The notes under the pieces were generated by a model. It saw only the letters and a list, made by a program, of their open reading frames with translations. It ran no database searches and was not told where the DNA came from. DNA of 64,000 bases. It comes from Octopus sinensis (Eukaryota). Shown here piece by piece: positions 62,521-64,000 of this stretch. Position 1 is the stretch's first letter. Each line of letters starts with the position of its first letter. The stretch lies in contig NC_043014.1 in the NCBI RefSeq assembly GCF_006345805.1, positions 20,522,001-20,586,000 on the forward strand, read 5' to 3'. The position numbers were made by a program, and so were the translations under genes.

Positions 62521-63834
62521 GGACAATCATGGCGACCGATTGAACGAAAGTAGTTAGGCAGGAGAGCTAGGAAGAAGGGGGGATGATAAAGTACTGGTGA
62601 TCCCAAAACGAAGGTGCGTGTGCGTATGTGTATGTGTGAATGTCTAAGTGTGTGCGTGTGGATAGAGGCTGGTGACTTTGACATGTGGATGTGTGCGTAT
62701 GTAAGTCTGTGCGTCTGTAATGTGTGTAATGTGTGATGGTGTAGGTGCTGGGAGGTGGTCAGCGTTAGTATGTGCGAAGTGGTGAGGTGATGTGGTATGA
62801 TTTGGTGGTTTGTGGTGTGGTGTGGCAGCGTTGGGTGTGGGGAGGTGAGAATGGGGTGTGGGTTTGTAGTGAGGATGTTGGGATGGGTTGAGGATGTCGG
62901 GGTAGGGGTCGAATATGTGGGAGTGGGATACTTGGGGTGGGGAAGATAGAAGGGTACCAATCAAAGGACAAGGTGGGTAGGAGTGAAGAGAGGAGGTAGG
63001 TGCCAGATGAAGAGAGTAGGGGAGGAGAGTCAGATGTAGATGAAGATTTGTACTCTACCAAATACATTGTGTATTCCTCAATTTAATGTAATTTTCTTTC
63101 TATTATAACAAGAAAACAAATACACAAATATATATGAGTGTTAGTATATGTGTGTGCGTTTCGGTGTGTGTGCGTGTGTGTGTGTATTCATGCATACATG
63201 TATGGATGTGTGTGTGTGTGTGTGTGTGTTGCCTTTTGTTGTAAAGACTGTCGGAAAACTGCCTATGAGGTAACTTTTCTGATCGTGATTATGATAAAGA
63301 ATGATTGAGATTTAGCAAAAAAGAACAGGTAATATTTGTTGAAACTGAATATACAAAACAGTTGAAAATTAAAACGTAGGTATTCGCCTTATCCCGCCAC
63401 GTATCTTCCCATTTCCATCACAGAACGTATGTATAAAGTTTAGTGTTTATGGGAAGAGAGGCAGGGGGGGATAAAAATGAAGAGAAAGACAAAGACAAAG
63501 TAAGTGGAAATTAGATAGGTATACAAATTGATGAATTGTCAGATAACTAGATACTTTATATAGTTTTATGAATAGAAACAAATGACATATCACACTTCTG
63601 ATACAATCCATCGAGGCAATAACAACTGTTGTAAATTATCACACAGTGTGTGGTGATGGTCGTGGTAGCGTCGGCGGCGGTGGCGGCGATGGTGGTGGTG
63701 AGGAGGAGGAGGAGGAGGAGGAGGTGAGGACAAATGGACGTCACGAATTGAAATACAACGATTCAACTCTAAACATTAAAATATTTGACGACGCATGGTA
63801 AAAAAAAATCTTTCTTACTACAATAGGTACAAAG

Positions 63835-64000
63835 TCTGAAAATGTGTGGAGATAGGGCAAGTCGACTACATCGAAACCCCACTGTTCAAATGGAACTCAT
63901 TTTATCGACCGTGAAGGGCGAAAAGCAAATGAAAGTCAGCCTCTAAATAATTTGAAATTAGAATGAAAGGAACCGGAAAAAAATATCGGTAAGCATTTCT
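63835..64000 (-). mobile_element. SINE family B, degenerate, runs off the window edge
   Basis: gtcgactacatcgaaacccc..actcattttatcgaccgtgaagggcgaaaagcaaa. Confidence 0.6.

Overview
AT-rich eukaryotic (metazoan) DNA, almost entirely intronic or intergenic. The microsatellite load [(TA)n, (AGAT)n, (CA)n, (AAT)n, (CATA)n] and the tRNA-derived SINE families look like a coleoid cephalopod (Octopus-like); this is recall-based inference. There is no intact protein-coding gene, and most listed ORFs are microsatellite translations. Real coding remnants come from transposons: two Penelope-like elements (PLE; RT + GIY-YIG, 15.5-17.1 kb and 58.6-61.4 kb), a PLE C-terminal fragment, CR1/L2-group, RTE and restriction-like-endonuclease LINE fragments, a mariner transposase fragment and a Helitron helicase fragment inside a head-to-tail Helitron train (47.4-51.0 kb). 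One plausible host exon lies at 56751-56903. The main pattern found is a set of minimal type I hammerhead-ribozyme (HHR) motifs with palindromic helix III in PLE-type ends. These include a compensated U3-A8 core in both PLE copies, a family-wide A6U core, and an element joining a Pol III tRNA head to an HHR. Several fold-back (inverted-repeat) elements sit in TA microsatellites. All alignments and folds were done by eye, boundaries are approximate, and novelty against databases could not be checked.
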